Shown: positions 7,905 to 15,725, counted from the first letter of the stretch. The stretch: 20,000 nt of DNA from an uncultured virus (IMG/VR IMGVR_UViG_3300009104_000003) (IMGVR_UViG_3300009104_000003); one strand, 5' to 3'. A program made the numbers and translations. Notes: a model not told the origin generated them from the sequence alone.

Positions 7905-9959
7905 ATGGCTGACGATAAAACAGATGCTGAAAGCCAAAGAGGTAAAACAGGTAAATCAAAGCCTGACCCAGTCTCGGGTAGTACTCAAAAAGAATTACTA
8001 TCTGAAATAAAAGAAACTCTGATTAAACAATCAGAGAACCTTGGCGAATCCCTAGGAAGAGATACGATTAATGTTCGTAGACATCTCCTTGAAATGAAGA
8101 ATATGACTGCTGCGCAGTTAGAAAATCAAAAAGCCCTTAATAAAACCTTCGGTGCTCAACTTGAAAATGAAGAGGAAAAGCTAGAAGGAGAATCAGTTGA
8201 AGGTCTTAAAGAGGAAGAAAAATCCGATGATATGCAAAAGATCTTTGAGGATATAAGAGATTCTCTAAAAGGACAACCAGAAGCTTTAGCTAAAGAAGGA
8301 TCAAAAGAATCCGGAAAATTAGCTGAAGGTCTAATGGGTGGTATGGGCAAGATGCTGGGCGGCTTAGGTATAGGTGTTGGAGCTGCTGGACTCGGAGCTG
8401 CAGCTGTTATAGGAGCAGGAGCTTATCTATTAAATGTATTAGATGATATAGATTCTGAAAAGATAAAAGAAAATGTTGCAAACCTATTAAGTATTAGTGA
8501 TCTAGTTGAAGCAGATGGGGATTCATTTATAGGAGAAGGAAGTAAATTCTTCTTAGCCATGCTTGGTTTAGGCCTTGGATTAGCAGCATTTGCAATAGGT
8601 TCGGCCGCGACCATGGGCGCGTCAGCTTTAAGTCCAGTAGTAGAAAAATTTACAGGAAAGAAATGGACTGATGATGTTAAAGATAATGTTATAACCCTTT
8701 TAAGTATATCTGATGAAGTAGGTGGTGCTGGTGAAATGCTTAAAGATGGTGGTGCATTCTTCCTTGCAATGACTGGTTTAGGTCTTGGATTAACAGCTTT
8801 TGCTATTGGTCAAGGAGCTTCAGCAGTTGCCTCAGGACTTTCGGCCGGTGTAGAGATGTTTACAAAAGAAGGAGACTGGGCAGAAAAGATAAAGAAAGAT
8901 GTTATAACATTATTATCTATTTCAAAAGAGCTAGGTGGTGCTAAAAATCTTATGGGAGAAAGCGGTGCATTCTTCCTTGCAATGACAGGTCTTGGATTAG
9001 GTTTAGTAGCATTTGCAATTGGTAAAGCTGGATCCGGTGTTGGTGATGCAATTACATTGTTCCAAGGTGAAAATTTTGCAGAGGATATTAAAGCAGAAGT
9101 AGAAACACTATTATCCATATCACAAATAGAAGGAATGGGTTGGGATACAACTAAATTCATAGCTGTTATGGGTGGATTAGCTGCAGGTCTAGTAGCATTT
9201 TCTTATGGTAAAGGCATGGCTGGATTAGCTGATGCAATAACTAAATTCTCAGCTGGTGATAATTTTGCTGAAGATATTAAAAGAGAAGTAGCAACACTAT
9301 TAACCATTGGTGATTTACCTTCAGCAACATTAGAAAAAACTACAAAAACAACTGCCATATTAGTAGAATTAGCTGCAGGTCTAGCTGCCTTTGGCGGTGG
9401 TACATTTATTGGAGCATTAGGTCAAGCCATGGCAGCTGTTGTAAAATTCTTTTCAGGTGAAAAAGGTCCAGTAGAACAAGCGCTTATCTTAGCAAATAAT
9501 GCTGATCAAATTGATAAAGGAGTTGATTCTTTAGAAAGATTTAGAAATGTTTTAACTGATTTCCAAGGATTAGGTGATATAACATTTGATATGGATACGG
9601 AGCAAATGGCTGAGGATCTATTGGACGCTACAAAGGTATTTGAGGTAGCTTTAGAAGGTGGAATTGATTATAGAGGATTCAATACAGAAGTTAAGGGATT
9701 ACTTAATATAGAAGGAATAGATAGGGTTACTGAAGAAATTAATCTATTAAAATCCTTATTTGCTCCAATTCAGACTACTGGTTTAGAATTAGTTGCTGCT
9801 GGTAATCCTGCTTTAGCGACTGCCGGAGGACCTACTTCTGTTGATCAATCTGTCTTCTCACCAACAAGTTTAACTACTAGTACAAACATCACTAATTTAG
9901 CTTCTATACATTCAACACCAGATTCATCTGATACGACTAATTCTTTAAAGATTGGATAA
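7905..9959 (+). CDS. Tape measure protein (gp29 equivalent)
   Basis: 684 aa with a charged helical N-terminus, Gly/Ala-rich helical repeats and a Ser/Thr-rich C-terminus. It follows gp54-26-51. Confidence 0.75.
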   Translation: MADDKTDAESQRGKTGKSKPDPVSGSTQKELLSEIKETLIKQSENLGESLGRDTINVRRHLLEMKNMTAAQLENQKALNKTFGAQLENEEEKLEGESVEGLKEEEKSDDMQKIFEDIRDSLKGQPEALAKEGSKESGKLAEGLMGGMGKMLGGLGIGVGAAGLGAAAVIGAGAYLLNVLDDIDSEKIKENVANLLSISDLVEADGDSFIGEGSKFFLAMLGLGLGLAAFAIGSAATMGASALSPVVEKFTGKKWTDDVKDNVITLLSISDEVGGAGEMLKDGGAFFLAMTGLGLGLTAFAIGQGASAVASGLSAGVEMFTKEGDWAEKIKKDVITLLSISKELGGAKNLMGESGAFFLAMTGLGLGLVAFAIGKAGSGVGDAITLFQGENFAEDIKAEVETLLSISQIEGMGWDTTKFIAVMGGLAAGLVAFSYGKGMAGLADAITKFSAGDNFAEDIKREVATLLTIGDLPSATLEKTTKTTAILVELAAGLAAFGGGTFIGALGQAMAAVVKFFSGEKGPVEQALILANNADQIDKGVDSLERFRNVLTDFQGLGDITFDMDTEQMAEDLLDATKVFEVALEGGIDYRGFNTEVKGLLNIEGIDRVTEEINLLKSLFAPIQTTGLELVAAGNPALATAGGPTSVDQSVFSPTSLTTSTNITNLASIHSTPDSSDTTNSLKIG
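8455..9405 (+). repeat. About five degenerate 55-72 aa repeats in the tape measure protein (consensus IK.dV.tLLsI....FflAM.GLglGL.AFaiG)
   Basis: Visible in the translation. The DNA repeat GGTGCATTCTTCCTTGCAATGAC occurs at about 8751 and 8964. Confidence 0.85.
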
Positions 9960-10021
9960 TAAGATTTGGTGTGTTCCTTTTCTCAGGCTATCACTTTATA
10001 TATACGTTTTGAATTCCTAAG

Positions 10022-10058
10022 AAAAAGGGATTCGGATTTACGGTCACGAACCCCTTTT
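10022..10058 (-). terminator. Intrinsic terminator for gp32, probably bidirectional between the converging operons
   Basis: Minus strand reads AAAA-GGGGTTCG-(12 nt)-CGAATCCC-TTTTT, with one G-U pair. There is a T-tract on both strands. Confidence 0.75.
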
Positions 10059-10101
10059 AAAGTTTAGAATTGACTACGATAGAGTATACTAAACCCGTGT
10101 A

Positions 10102-10989
10102 CTATGATTCGTTTGCTAGTTTAGCAAAATAACTCAAAGTATCATCTTCTTCAGAAGAAGATTCAGGTTGTACTTCAGGCATTGAATCCATAGTTACATT
10201 AGATGTGGCAGTAGCAGGTGCAGTTGCTGCAGCTGTAATACCAGCATCAACTCCAAGAACCCTATTCAATTTAGCTTTAAGCTCATCATATGATTTGTAG
10301 TTCTCAGGAGAAGCAAACTCTGACAAAGTATATAATTTACCATATACTTCTTCTAGTACAGAATCATCTTCCGACAAAGGAGTCGGTGTAGAAAATTCTG
10401 ATGCATCATAGTTTGTCCAACCATCTATTTTTCTGATTTTTAATTTAAAATCAGCACCTTCCCAGAAGTCGAACGGATTAACCGGTACTTCATCTGAGAA
10501 TGCAGGTTGCATTGCATCCATGACTTTGTCAAAGATTTTTTTACCAAACCTGTAAAGGAATACTTTTCCTTCAGCATCAGGTCTAGTAGAGTCAGATATC
10601 ACCTGGATATTTGACACATAATGTAATCTACGTTTACGTTCACGAGCAAGTGCTTTATCTTCTTCACGACCAGTATTCCAAAGAAGCGTATTAGCTTCAG
10701 ATACAGGATCTGGTTGATTAATTGAAGTTAAAGAATTCTCGATATACCAGAGACCAGTTGGGCCTTTAAAGCCATGATCCCAGTAACGAACCCAAGGTAG
10801 ATCCTCACCCTCTTTAGCAGGCAAGAAACGAATAACAGCGTATCCATTGCCAGCTTTATCTTGAGTGGGTTTCCAGAAACGTTCATCAACATATGATTTA
10901 GTTTCTGATTTTGTTGAAACAGCTTCCGCTGCTTTTACGAGATTGTCGATTGACGAGCCTCGTGCGCTCTTTAAATTTGCAAATGACAT
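10102..10989 (-). CDS. gp32: Single-stranded DNA-binding protein gp32
   Basis: DERFWKP..DKAGNGYAVIRFLP..LPWVRYWDHGFKGPTGLWYIENSLT..GKVFLYRFGKKIFDK..PFDFWEGADFKLKIR, with acidic tail DDTLSYFAKLA. Confidence 0.98.
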   Translation of the reverse strand: MSFANLKSARGSSIDNLVKAAEAVSTKSETKSYVDERFWKPTQDKAGNGYAVIRFLPAKEGEDLPWVRYWDHGFKGPTGLWYIENSLTSINQPDPVSEANTLLWNTGREEDKALARERKRRLHYVSNIQVISDSTRPDAEGKVFLYRFGKKIFDKVMDAMQPAFSDEVPVNPFDFWEGADFKLKIRKIDGWTNYDASEFSTPTPLSEDDSVLEEVYGKLYTLSEFASPENYKSYDELKAKLNRVLGVDAGITAAATAPATATSNVTMDSMPEVQPESSSEEDDTLSYFAKLANES

Positions 10990-11051
10990 TGTATTTCTCC
11001 GTATTGCATTGTATTTACTGAATTATCCACTTTCCCATAATATAGACTCTT

Positions 11052-11081
11052 ATTATACCACACTATTGTGGTTTTGTAAAC
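11052..11081 (-). promoter_or_regulatory. T4-early-type sigma70 promoter for gp32
   Basis: Minus strand GTTTACA, then a 17-nt spacer ending TGTGG, then TATAAT, with an A-tract upstream. Confidence 0.85.
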
Positions 11082-11653
11082 CTCTTTTTGATAATATTTA
11101 AACATTTATCTTTTTTGAAGTTTACGAATGGACTATACTTTTTGATCTTTCTAGAAGTATCGGGCCAAAACAAAGTTTCGGTTATCTTACTCCCTTCTTT
11201 CTCAACAAAGTTAGTCAATTGATCAAGGATGACCACTGTTTCCAGTGTTATGTCTTCCTCCATCCATCTTTTAATAATCTCCGGAGGTGTGTTTATATTG
11301 TTCACCACCAAAAGATCATCAAATTCTTTATTACCAATAGTATTTATATCTTTTTCGAACACACGATGTATTGCTTCATGTACTCTTTTATATTCAACAT
11401 AATTTTTCTTGGCTGTAGGATCCATCATATCTCCTACGTATTTTGCATCATTAATAAATTGTGATACATAAAATTCTTTTAATTCCTTTGGATAATTTTT
11501 AGCTAACTTAGCAAAATAATACTTATCCTTTCTTTTAAAGAAACTATTATGATTAATTGTAGTATGAAAATTATATTTGATAGCATCATATGTATCACTC
11601 TCAAAATGAAGTTTAAGTGCATTATATAATTTATAACTGTCGAAAGGATCCAT
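11063..11653 (-). CDS. gp59: Helicase loader gp59
   Basis: MDPFDSYKLYNALKLHF..YD..KY..F.KRKDKYYF.KL..ITLETVVILD..KKYSPF. The likely start is the ATG at 11653 (TAATG coupling). Confidence 0.92.
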   Translation of the reverse strand: MDPFDSYKLYNALKLHFESDTYDAIKYNFHTTINHNSFFKRKDKYYFAKLAKNYPKELKEFYVSQFINDAKYVGDMMDPTAKKNYVEYKRVHEAIHRVFEKDINTIGNKEFDDLLVVNNINTPPEIIKRWMEEDITLETVVILDQLTNFVEKEGSKITETLFWPDTSRKIKKYSPFVNFKKDKCLNIIKKRFTKPQ

Positions 11654-11841
11654 TAATATAAATTGCTCCAATCTATAGGTATATGCCACAATATTGTAAA
11701 AAATAAATAAATCATAGCACCAACAAAAAGACCTAATCTTTGCTGTTTCCAAAATAGAGATATTATTAAAAACATAATAACTACAGCTATATCAAAGTTA
11801 AACATAGCCCACTGCATTTGAATTTCTATATTCGAATTCAT
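11653..11841 (-). CDS. Small membrane protein, 62 aa, two TM segments
   Basis: Two hydrophobic stretches. Coupled to gp33 (ATGA) and gp59 (TAATG). Confidence 0.7.
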   Translation of the reverse strand: MNSNIEIQMQWAMFNFDIAVVIMFLIISLFWKQQRLGLFVGAMIYLFFTILWHIPIDWSNLY

Positions 11842-12080
11842 ACTGGTAAGCTATTTTTCTTTTTAACTTTAACTAGATTTAGACCTTGAGCTTCTTGTGT
11901 GAGTTTTTCTTTTAATGCAGGAGAAATGAGTTTCTTTACATTCATATAATCCATTCCTCTTTCTTCTATTATGTAAGTCATTGCATCTATATAACTCATA
12001 TTCTTTTGAGATACTAAAACTTCAACTGCTTTAGTGAATCTCTTCTTGGTCATTATCTTGTGTTCTAATTCTTCAATCAT
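11838..12080 (-). CDS. gp33: Late transcription coactivator gp33
   Basis: F..AVE.LV....SYIDA....E......V.KLIS..LKEKL..EA..LN.......LPV, in the gp33-gp59-gp32 synteny. Confidence 0.92.
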   Translation of the reverse strand: MIEELEHKIMTKKRFTKAVEVLVSQKNMSYIDAMTYIIEERGMDYMNVKKLISPALKEKLTQEAQGLNLVKVKKKNSLPV

Positions 12081-13228
12081 TCTACTCGTAATAAAATTGT
12101 ATCTTTATTTATTCTTCCTGTGGGTATACCAATTTTAGTGGTTAAAGATTTCCACACATTATTAATTTGTTTTTCTGTCTTGGTAAGAATTTGGGGTAAG
12201 ATCTCATCAGGTTTCCTGAGTGTTGTAATTCGACTAGTGGTATCATCCCAATTCTTTAGTGTTGATCCTTTAATCTCAAATCCTAACACAGAGTTAGAAT
12301 GAAATTCTGTAAGCTTTCTTGTCTTAATATTATACATCCAAAACATTTGAGATTTAGGTATAAGAGCTGGAGCAATAGAATGAAGTTTAGCATCTTCATC
12401 TTCTACTAAATATTTTAAAGTCTTGACTTGATCAGTAGCAGTATATACTTTCTTTGCTCTAGTAGTTCTTTGAGCTTTTTGTGCTTCCCTATATCGTTCT
12501 ATATCATCAAAAATGCTATCCATAAGATCAATCATCTTTCGCTTATCACCTTTCTTGATATGTGCATATCCTTCTACGCATTGCTCATCTGTTTTCTCGT
12601 AAGCAGCTTTAATTGTTTCATATTCTTCCATTACTATATCACGAAACATATTAATGGCAGAACCTTTTAATCCATGTAATTGTAATAAACTATATGTAGG
12701 AAATTTAACTATCTTTTTATCAAATTCATTATCCATCCATTTATCAATAACCATTTTATCCCAATCAACTGCTATAGTCTTTAATACCTTTAGGCGCATT
12801 CTTTCATGCGGACTTATAACAGGAGGTTTATCTTTTTTCTTTTCGTCTAATTCGGTTTTTAATTTCTTTGCTTCTTTAAAATACCCAGCAATCTTTTCTT
12901 TCATGTTTTCTTTCCACTCGTCTTCATATATCCATCCTTGATAAAAGAGACGAACCCATGAACCTGCATGAATTCCTAGTTTCCAGGCCGGTAATTTTTT
13001 AAGTATAGCTATATCTGATTTAGAATATCCTAATTCTTCTTCACAATATTTAAGAACTATGGGTACATGATCTTTTGATTTATAAAAATAATCATACCAA
13101 TGAGATGATTTAGACCATTCCATTCCTCTTCCTTTTGACCCTATTGGGGGACAAGGATTAGTTTCATCCCAGAAAGGTTCTTTACCCATGTACAGTTCAT
13201 CAACTGATTTTATTCTTTTCTTTACCAC
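12077..13228 (-). CDS. Conserved hypothetical protein of T4-like phages upstream of gp33
   Basis: 383 aa with a GTG start coupled to the upstream micro-ORF. C-terminal motifs YN.KTRKL..G.EIKGSTL..TLRKP..TGRIN..TILLRV. Confidence 0.85.
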   Translation of the reverse strand: MVKKRIKSVDELYMGKEPFWDETNPCPPIGSKGRGMEWSKSSHWYDYFYKSKDHVPIVLKYCEEELGYSKSDIAILKKLPAWKLGIHAGSWVRLFYQGWIYEDEWKENMKEKIAGYFKEAKKLKTELDEKKKDKPPVISPHERMRLKVLKTIAVDWDKMVIDKWMDNEFDKKIVKFPTYSLLQLHGLKGSAINMFRDIVMEEYETIKAAYEKTDEQCVEGYAHIKKGDKRKMIDLMDSIFDDIERYREAQKAQRTTRAKKVYTATDQVKTLKYLVEDEDAKLHSIAPALIPKSQMFWMYNIKTRKLTEFHSNSVLGFEIKGSTLKNWDDTTSRITTLRKPDEILPQILTKTEKQINNVWKSLTTKIGIPTGRINKDTILLRVE

Positions 13229-13332
13229 TAAACTACAGTACTTACTATAAATATCATTAGTATACCAAGTCCAAATGTTCCTAGAATTAGGTATACTGAA
13301 TATTTAATTAAGTTTGTTAAAAAATTCCACAT
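13228..13332 (-). CDS. 34-aa single-TM peptide (MWNFLTNLIKYSVYLILGTFGLGILMIFIVSTVV)
   Basis: Not in the ORF track. Its TAG overlaps the GTG of the next gene (TAGTG). No clear SD. Confidence 0.55.
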   Translation of the reverse strand: MWNFLTNLIKYSVYLILGTFGLGILMIFIVSTVV

Positions 13333-13349
13333 AATATTATCTATAAAAT

Positions 13350-13394
13350 GCCGGTCCTACCCTTTGATAAGGAGTTAGGGTAGGTAAGACCGGC
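13350..13394. other. GC-rich 14-bp bulged hairpin with an SD/anti-SD loop; terminator-like on the minus strand
   Basis: GCCGGTC-CTACCCT [TTGATAAGGAGTT] AGGGTAG-GTAA-GACCGGC. On the minus strand it is followed by ATTTTAT. Confidence 0.8.
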
Positions 13395-13410
13395 CAAAAC
13401 GCTAAGCGTT

Positions 13411-13683
13411 TTATTTTGCCCTATATCGCCTAAAGCGATCGATAAGAGTTTCACCTTTTGCTCTCTTACCTATATAAACTGTTTTTCCAGTAGAACTTAT
13501 TTCTCTTCTAATGAGTCCAGAATTAAATGTGGTATCGATTACTCGACCATCTCCTTTTCTATCATCATACCATACATTGGTATCATCAGAATTAAACATG
13601 TGGATATTATTAACTTTTTTACCCCATGCTTCAGCAGCTGCCTTGATGCGCTGCTTTTCTACTACATCATCATATTGAGTCAT
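13411..13683 (-). CDS. Hypothetical protein, 90 aa
   Basis: ORF track; GGAGG upstream; ATGA-coupled to the upstream micro-ORF. Confidence 0.8.
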   Translation of the reverse strand: MTQYDDVVEKQRIKAAAEAWGKKVNNIHMFNSDDTNVWYDDRKGDGRVIDTTFNSGLIRREISSTGKTVYIGKRAKGETLIDRFRRYRAK

Positions 13684-13826
13684 AGCTTAGGTTTTTCCTC
13701 CCGCCTTGCTTGTTCGTTCCTGATAAGTTTTTCTAAAATGTTTTCCCATAATTTTTTAAACTCAGGATTTTGAGCTCTTTTCATTGCTTCTCTAACCGCA
13801 AAGACTCTTCTATTAAATAGTGTCAT
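13680..13826 (-). CDS. 48-aa hypothetical protein (MTLFNRRVFAVREAMKRAQNPEFKKLWENILEKLIRNEQARREEKPKL)
   Basis: Not in the ORF track. ATGA overlaps at both ends exactly fill the gap. GAGGA upstream. Confidence 0.75.
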   Translation of the reverse strand: MTLFNRRVFAVREAMKRAQNPEFKKLWENILEKLIRNEQARREEKPKL

Positions 13827-14116
13827 AGTTTTTTAATCCTCTCTAATATTATATTTACCATATTATCATCTAAATATCCGATCACATCTGATGTGATAGG
13901 TGTATCATAAGTAATATCTCCCCAAGGATCAAGAACTGCTAGTTCCCATAATCCCTTTTCAAATCCATATGATCCAGGAAACATAACTACGCTCGCGCCC
14001 ATACCATTTCGAAATTTGTATAGCTTTTGTATACCTCCATTCGAATGGGTTTGGACTTCAAGGGTTGGTTGTCCTTCCTTCATCTTTTGATTTAAAGCTT
14101 TGGAAATATTATTCAT
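13823..14116 (-). CDS. Hypothetical phage protein (F.NG.GASV...SYG...GLWELAVL..ITYDTPIT.DVIGYL family)
   Basis: ORF track; I recall this motif from widespread uncharacterised phage proteins. Confidence 0.85.
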   Translation of the reverse strand: MNNISKALNQKMKEGQPTLEVQTHSNGGIQKLYKFRNGMGASVVMFPGSYGFEKGLWELAVLDPWGDITYDTPITSDVIGYLDDNMVNIILERIKKL

Positions 14117-14123
14117 AATACAT

Positions 14124-14150
14124 AAAAGACCCCCAACGCGATGGGGGTCT
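14124..14150 (-). terminator. Intrinsic terminator or attenuator hairpin
   Basis: Perfect 9-bp stem AGACCCCCA/TGGGGGTCT with a 6-nt loop, followed by TTTATGT on the minus strand. Confidence 0.75.
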
Positions 14151-14151
14151 C

Positions 14152-14232
14152 CAACTGGCTGCTCACGGTTCTCTCGGTCCCCTGCAGGGGCTCACCAACA
14201 GATACGCTGTTGGGGAGAGCGTGGCCCGGTTG
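14152..14232. ncRNA. Candidate structured RNA (three-way junction), family unknown
   Basis: GC-rich intergenic island with nested pairings CAACTGG/CCGGTTG, CACG/CGTG and CTCTC/GAGAG enclosing hairpins CCCC-TGCA-GGGG and CCAACAG-ATACG-CTGTTGG. Confidence 0.6.
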
Positions 14233-14243
14233 TTCTAAATAGT

Positions 14244-14660
14244 TCATGCAGATACTTCGCCAATATCTTCTAGATTGAAGTTGTAATCAGCTAAACAAGC
14301 CTCTTCATCTCCATATCTAACATCAGTTTCTCTAAAAATCTTTAGAGCAAAATCAGCTGCAACGCCGCAGGTATAATAAGGACCTCCAACATTCCATGTG
14401 ATTTCTTCTGAATCATCATTAAAGTTTCTAGCATAATGCCAGTCATAAAGACTAAAGGTTCCTGTTTCAAGGTCACCCCAAGCATCATAGTATTCGAAAT
14501 CAACTACAAATTCTGTAGTGATTTTATCACCTTTACCTTCAAAGGCAGGTGTACCAAACATCTGTTCTAGCTCGTAGAAAGATGCGGTTATTGAGCCTTG
14601 AAGAGAACCACCAGCGGTTCCATCATCACAAGGTTCAAATCTTATTTCATTTTTTTCCAT
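14244..14660 (-). CDS. Hypothetical acidic phage protein (SLQG.I.A...EL...FG.P....DK...E....F.LYDW family)
   Basis: The ORF track gives 14678 as the start. SD AAGGAG at about 14670-14675 favours the ATG at 14660. Confidence 0.85.
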   Translation of the reverse strand: MEKNEIRFEPCDDGTAGGSLQGSITASFYELEQMFGTPAFEGKGDKITTEFVVDFEYYDAWGDLETGTFSLYDWHYARNFNDDSEEITWNVGGPYYTCGVAADFALKIFRETDVRYGDEEACLADYNFNLEDIGEVSA

Positions 14661-14829
14661 AATAATTAACTCCTTCAAAATTGAATTTAGAAAAATCGTT
14701 TGTAAATCTTTTATTAAACCTCTCCATAAAAAAGTCTGGAGCGATTTTATAAATCAAAAAATCTAACAACGAGACCTTTATCCCTAGATTTTTTGATCTA
14801 CTGTTTATTGTAAAATTAGCTACGAACAT
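14647..14829 (-). CDS. Hypothetical protein, 60 aa
   Basis: Its ATG directly follows the upstream stop (TAAATG), and it fills the gap between neighbours. Confidence 0.6.
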   Translation of the reverse strand: MFVANFTINSRSKNLGIKVSLLDFLIYKIAPDFFMERFNKRFTNDFSKFNFEGVNYYGKK

Positions 14830-15171
14830 TTAATAATCTCCATCAGCTGATCTGTTAGCATTATATGCGTCCATTATAGAACTATCCGCGAGGAATTTTT
14901 CTGTATCTTTATCAGAGTAATACATATTCTCTGGACGATTAAAATCTAAACCACCTTTTGCAAGATGTCCAGCTTTTTTAACTTGACCGGTTAGGTCCTT
15001 AGCAACTTTGCGCTCTTCTTTTTTGCGAGCTTTTTCAGCTGCTTTTGCTGCTGCTTTGCGAGCATCGAGCTCATCGCAGATTAGCTTTCCTTCATATTGC
15101 TCGAAGGTCAAGCCAAGTTTTTTAGCCTCAAGTTTCATTGCGGCTTTTTTGATTATTTCGATTCGATCCAT
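14830..15171 (-). CDS. Hypothetical early protein, 113 aa, Lys/Ala-rich helix
   Basis: Strong RBS ATAAGGAGTTATAATG directly behind an early promoter. Confidence 0.85.
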   Translation of the reverse strand: MDRIEIIKKAAMKLEAKKLGLTFEQYEGKLICDELDARKAAAKAAEKARKKEERKVAKDLTGQVKKAGHLAKGGLDFNRPENMYYSDKDTEKFLADSSIMDAYNANRSADGDY

Positions 15172-15206
15172 TATAACTCCTTATTGAATTTTGTATCTAT
15201 ATGGCC

Positions 15207-15236
15207 ATTATACCACATTTCGAGAGGTTTGTAAAC
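15207..15236 (-). promoter_or_regulatory. T4-early-type sigma70 promoter
   Basis: GGGGTTTACA, then a 17-nt spacer ending TGTGG, then TATAAT. AT-rich UP region with the repeat TGAAAATAATT twice. Confidence 0.9.
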
Positions 15237-15268
15237 CCCTTTTTTGAAAATAATTGAAAATAATTTCA

Positions 15269-15628
15269 TTAATATCTCACCTTTTTCCATGGATAACACC
15301 TACCAAATAAGTCATATTCAGCAGTTTTAGCTTCCATTTCTGAGGGATATTCCCCTCTCATAAATTGTTTTGCGTGAACCATTTCATGAGCTAATGTTAA
15401 CATCTGTTCATAAAATGATTGTTTTTGAGCAATATCAATATCAGCATCTCTTCTGTCTCCTTCACAAGCTCCCAGAGAATCTCCATATCCATTAGGCATT
15501 CTTTTTCTAAACCTTATGGTAATAGTTCCATGCTTACGCCTGTCAAGTCTAAATCTCTTGATTATATTCACGGCATATTCTTCGACTAAATGTCGATCTT
15601 TAACACTACCTGTAATTTCAAGCATCAT
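15269..15628 (-). CDS. Putative zinc metallopeptidase (HExxH; SprT/ImmA-like small zincin)
   Basis: TLAHEMVHAKQ motif with a downstream third-ligand candidate in PSEMEA. Confidence 0.7.
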   Translation of the reverse strand: MMLEITGSVKDRHLVEEYAVNIIKRFRLDRRKHGTITIRFRKRMPNGYGDSLGACEGDRRDADIDIAQKQSFYEQMLTLAHEMVHAKQFMRGEYPSEMEAKTAEYDLFGRCYPWKKVRY

Positions 15629-15725
15629 TAAATTTTAAATCCTTTTTAGATTTTTGCCTTTCTTTTGTCTCACGAATCTTTTTAAGTTTTTTAGATTCTT
15701 TTCGAGATAAAGAATTAGTGTTCAT
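15618..15725 (-). CDS. 35-aa highly basic peptide (MNTNSLSRKESKKLKKIRETKERQKSKKDLKFNDA)
   Basis: Not in the ORF track. The ATG is 1 nt after the upstream stop and its end overlaps the start of the peptidase gene. Confidence 0.55.
   Translation of the reverse strand: MNTNSLSRKESKKLKKIRETKERQKSKKDLKFNDA

Noticed and set aside
8156..9160. Three minus-strand ORFs
   Set aside because: Shadows of the tape measure gene.
10061..10095. Imperfect hairpin GTTTAG...CTAAAC just after the gp32 stop (possible read-through signal)
   Set aside because: The stem is weak and AT-rich, and read-through would bury the conserved acidic C-terminus of gp32.
11654..11752. N-terminal extension of gp59
   Set aside because: It overlaps the 62-aa membrane gene, and TAATG coupling supports the start at 11653.
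10865..12941. Five + strand ORFs of 60-95 aa
   Set aside because: Antisense shadows of gp32, gp59 and the 383-aa gene.
14152..14232. tRNA or hammerhead ribozyme interpretation of the structured island
   Set aside because: There is no T-loop/anticodon cloverleaf and no CUGANGA/GAAA core on either strand.
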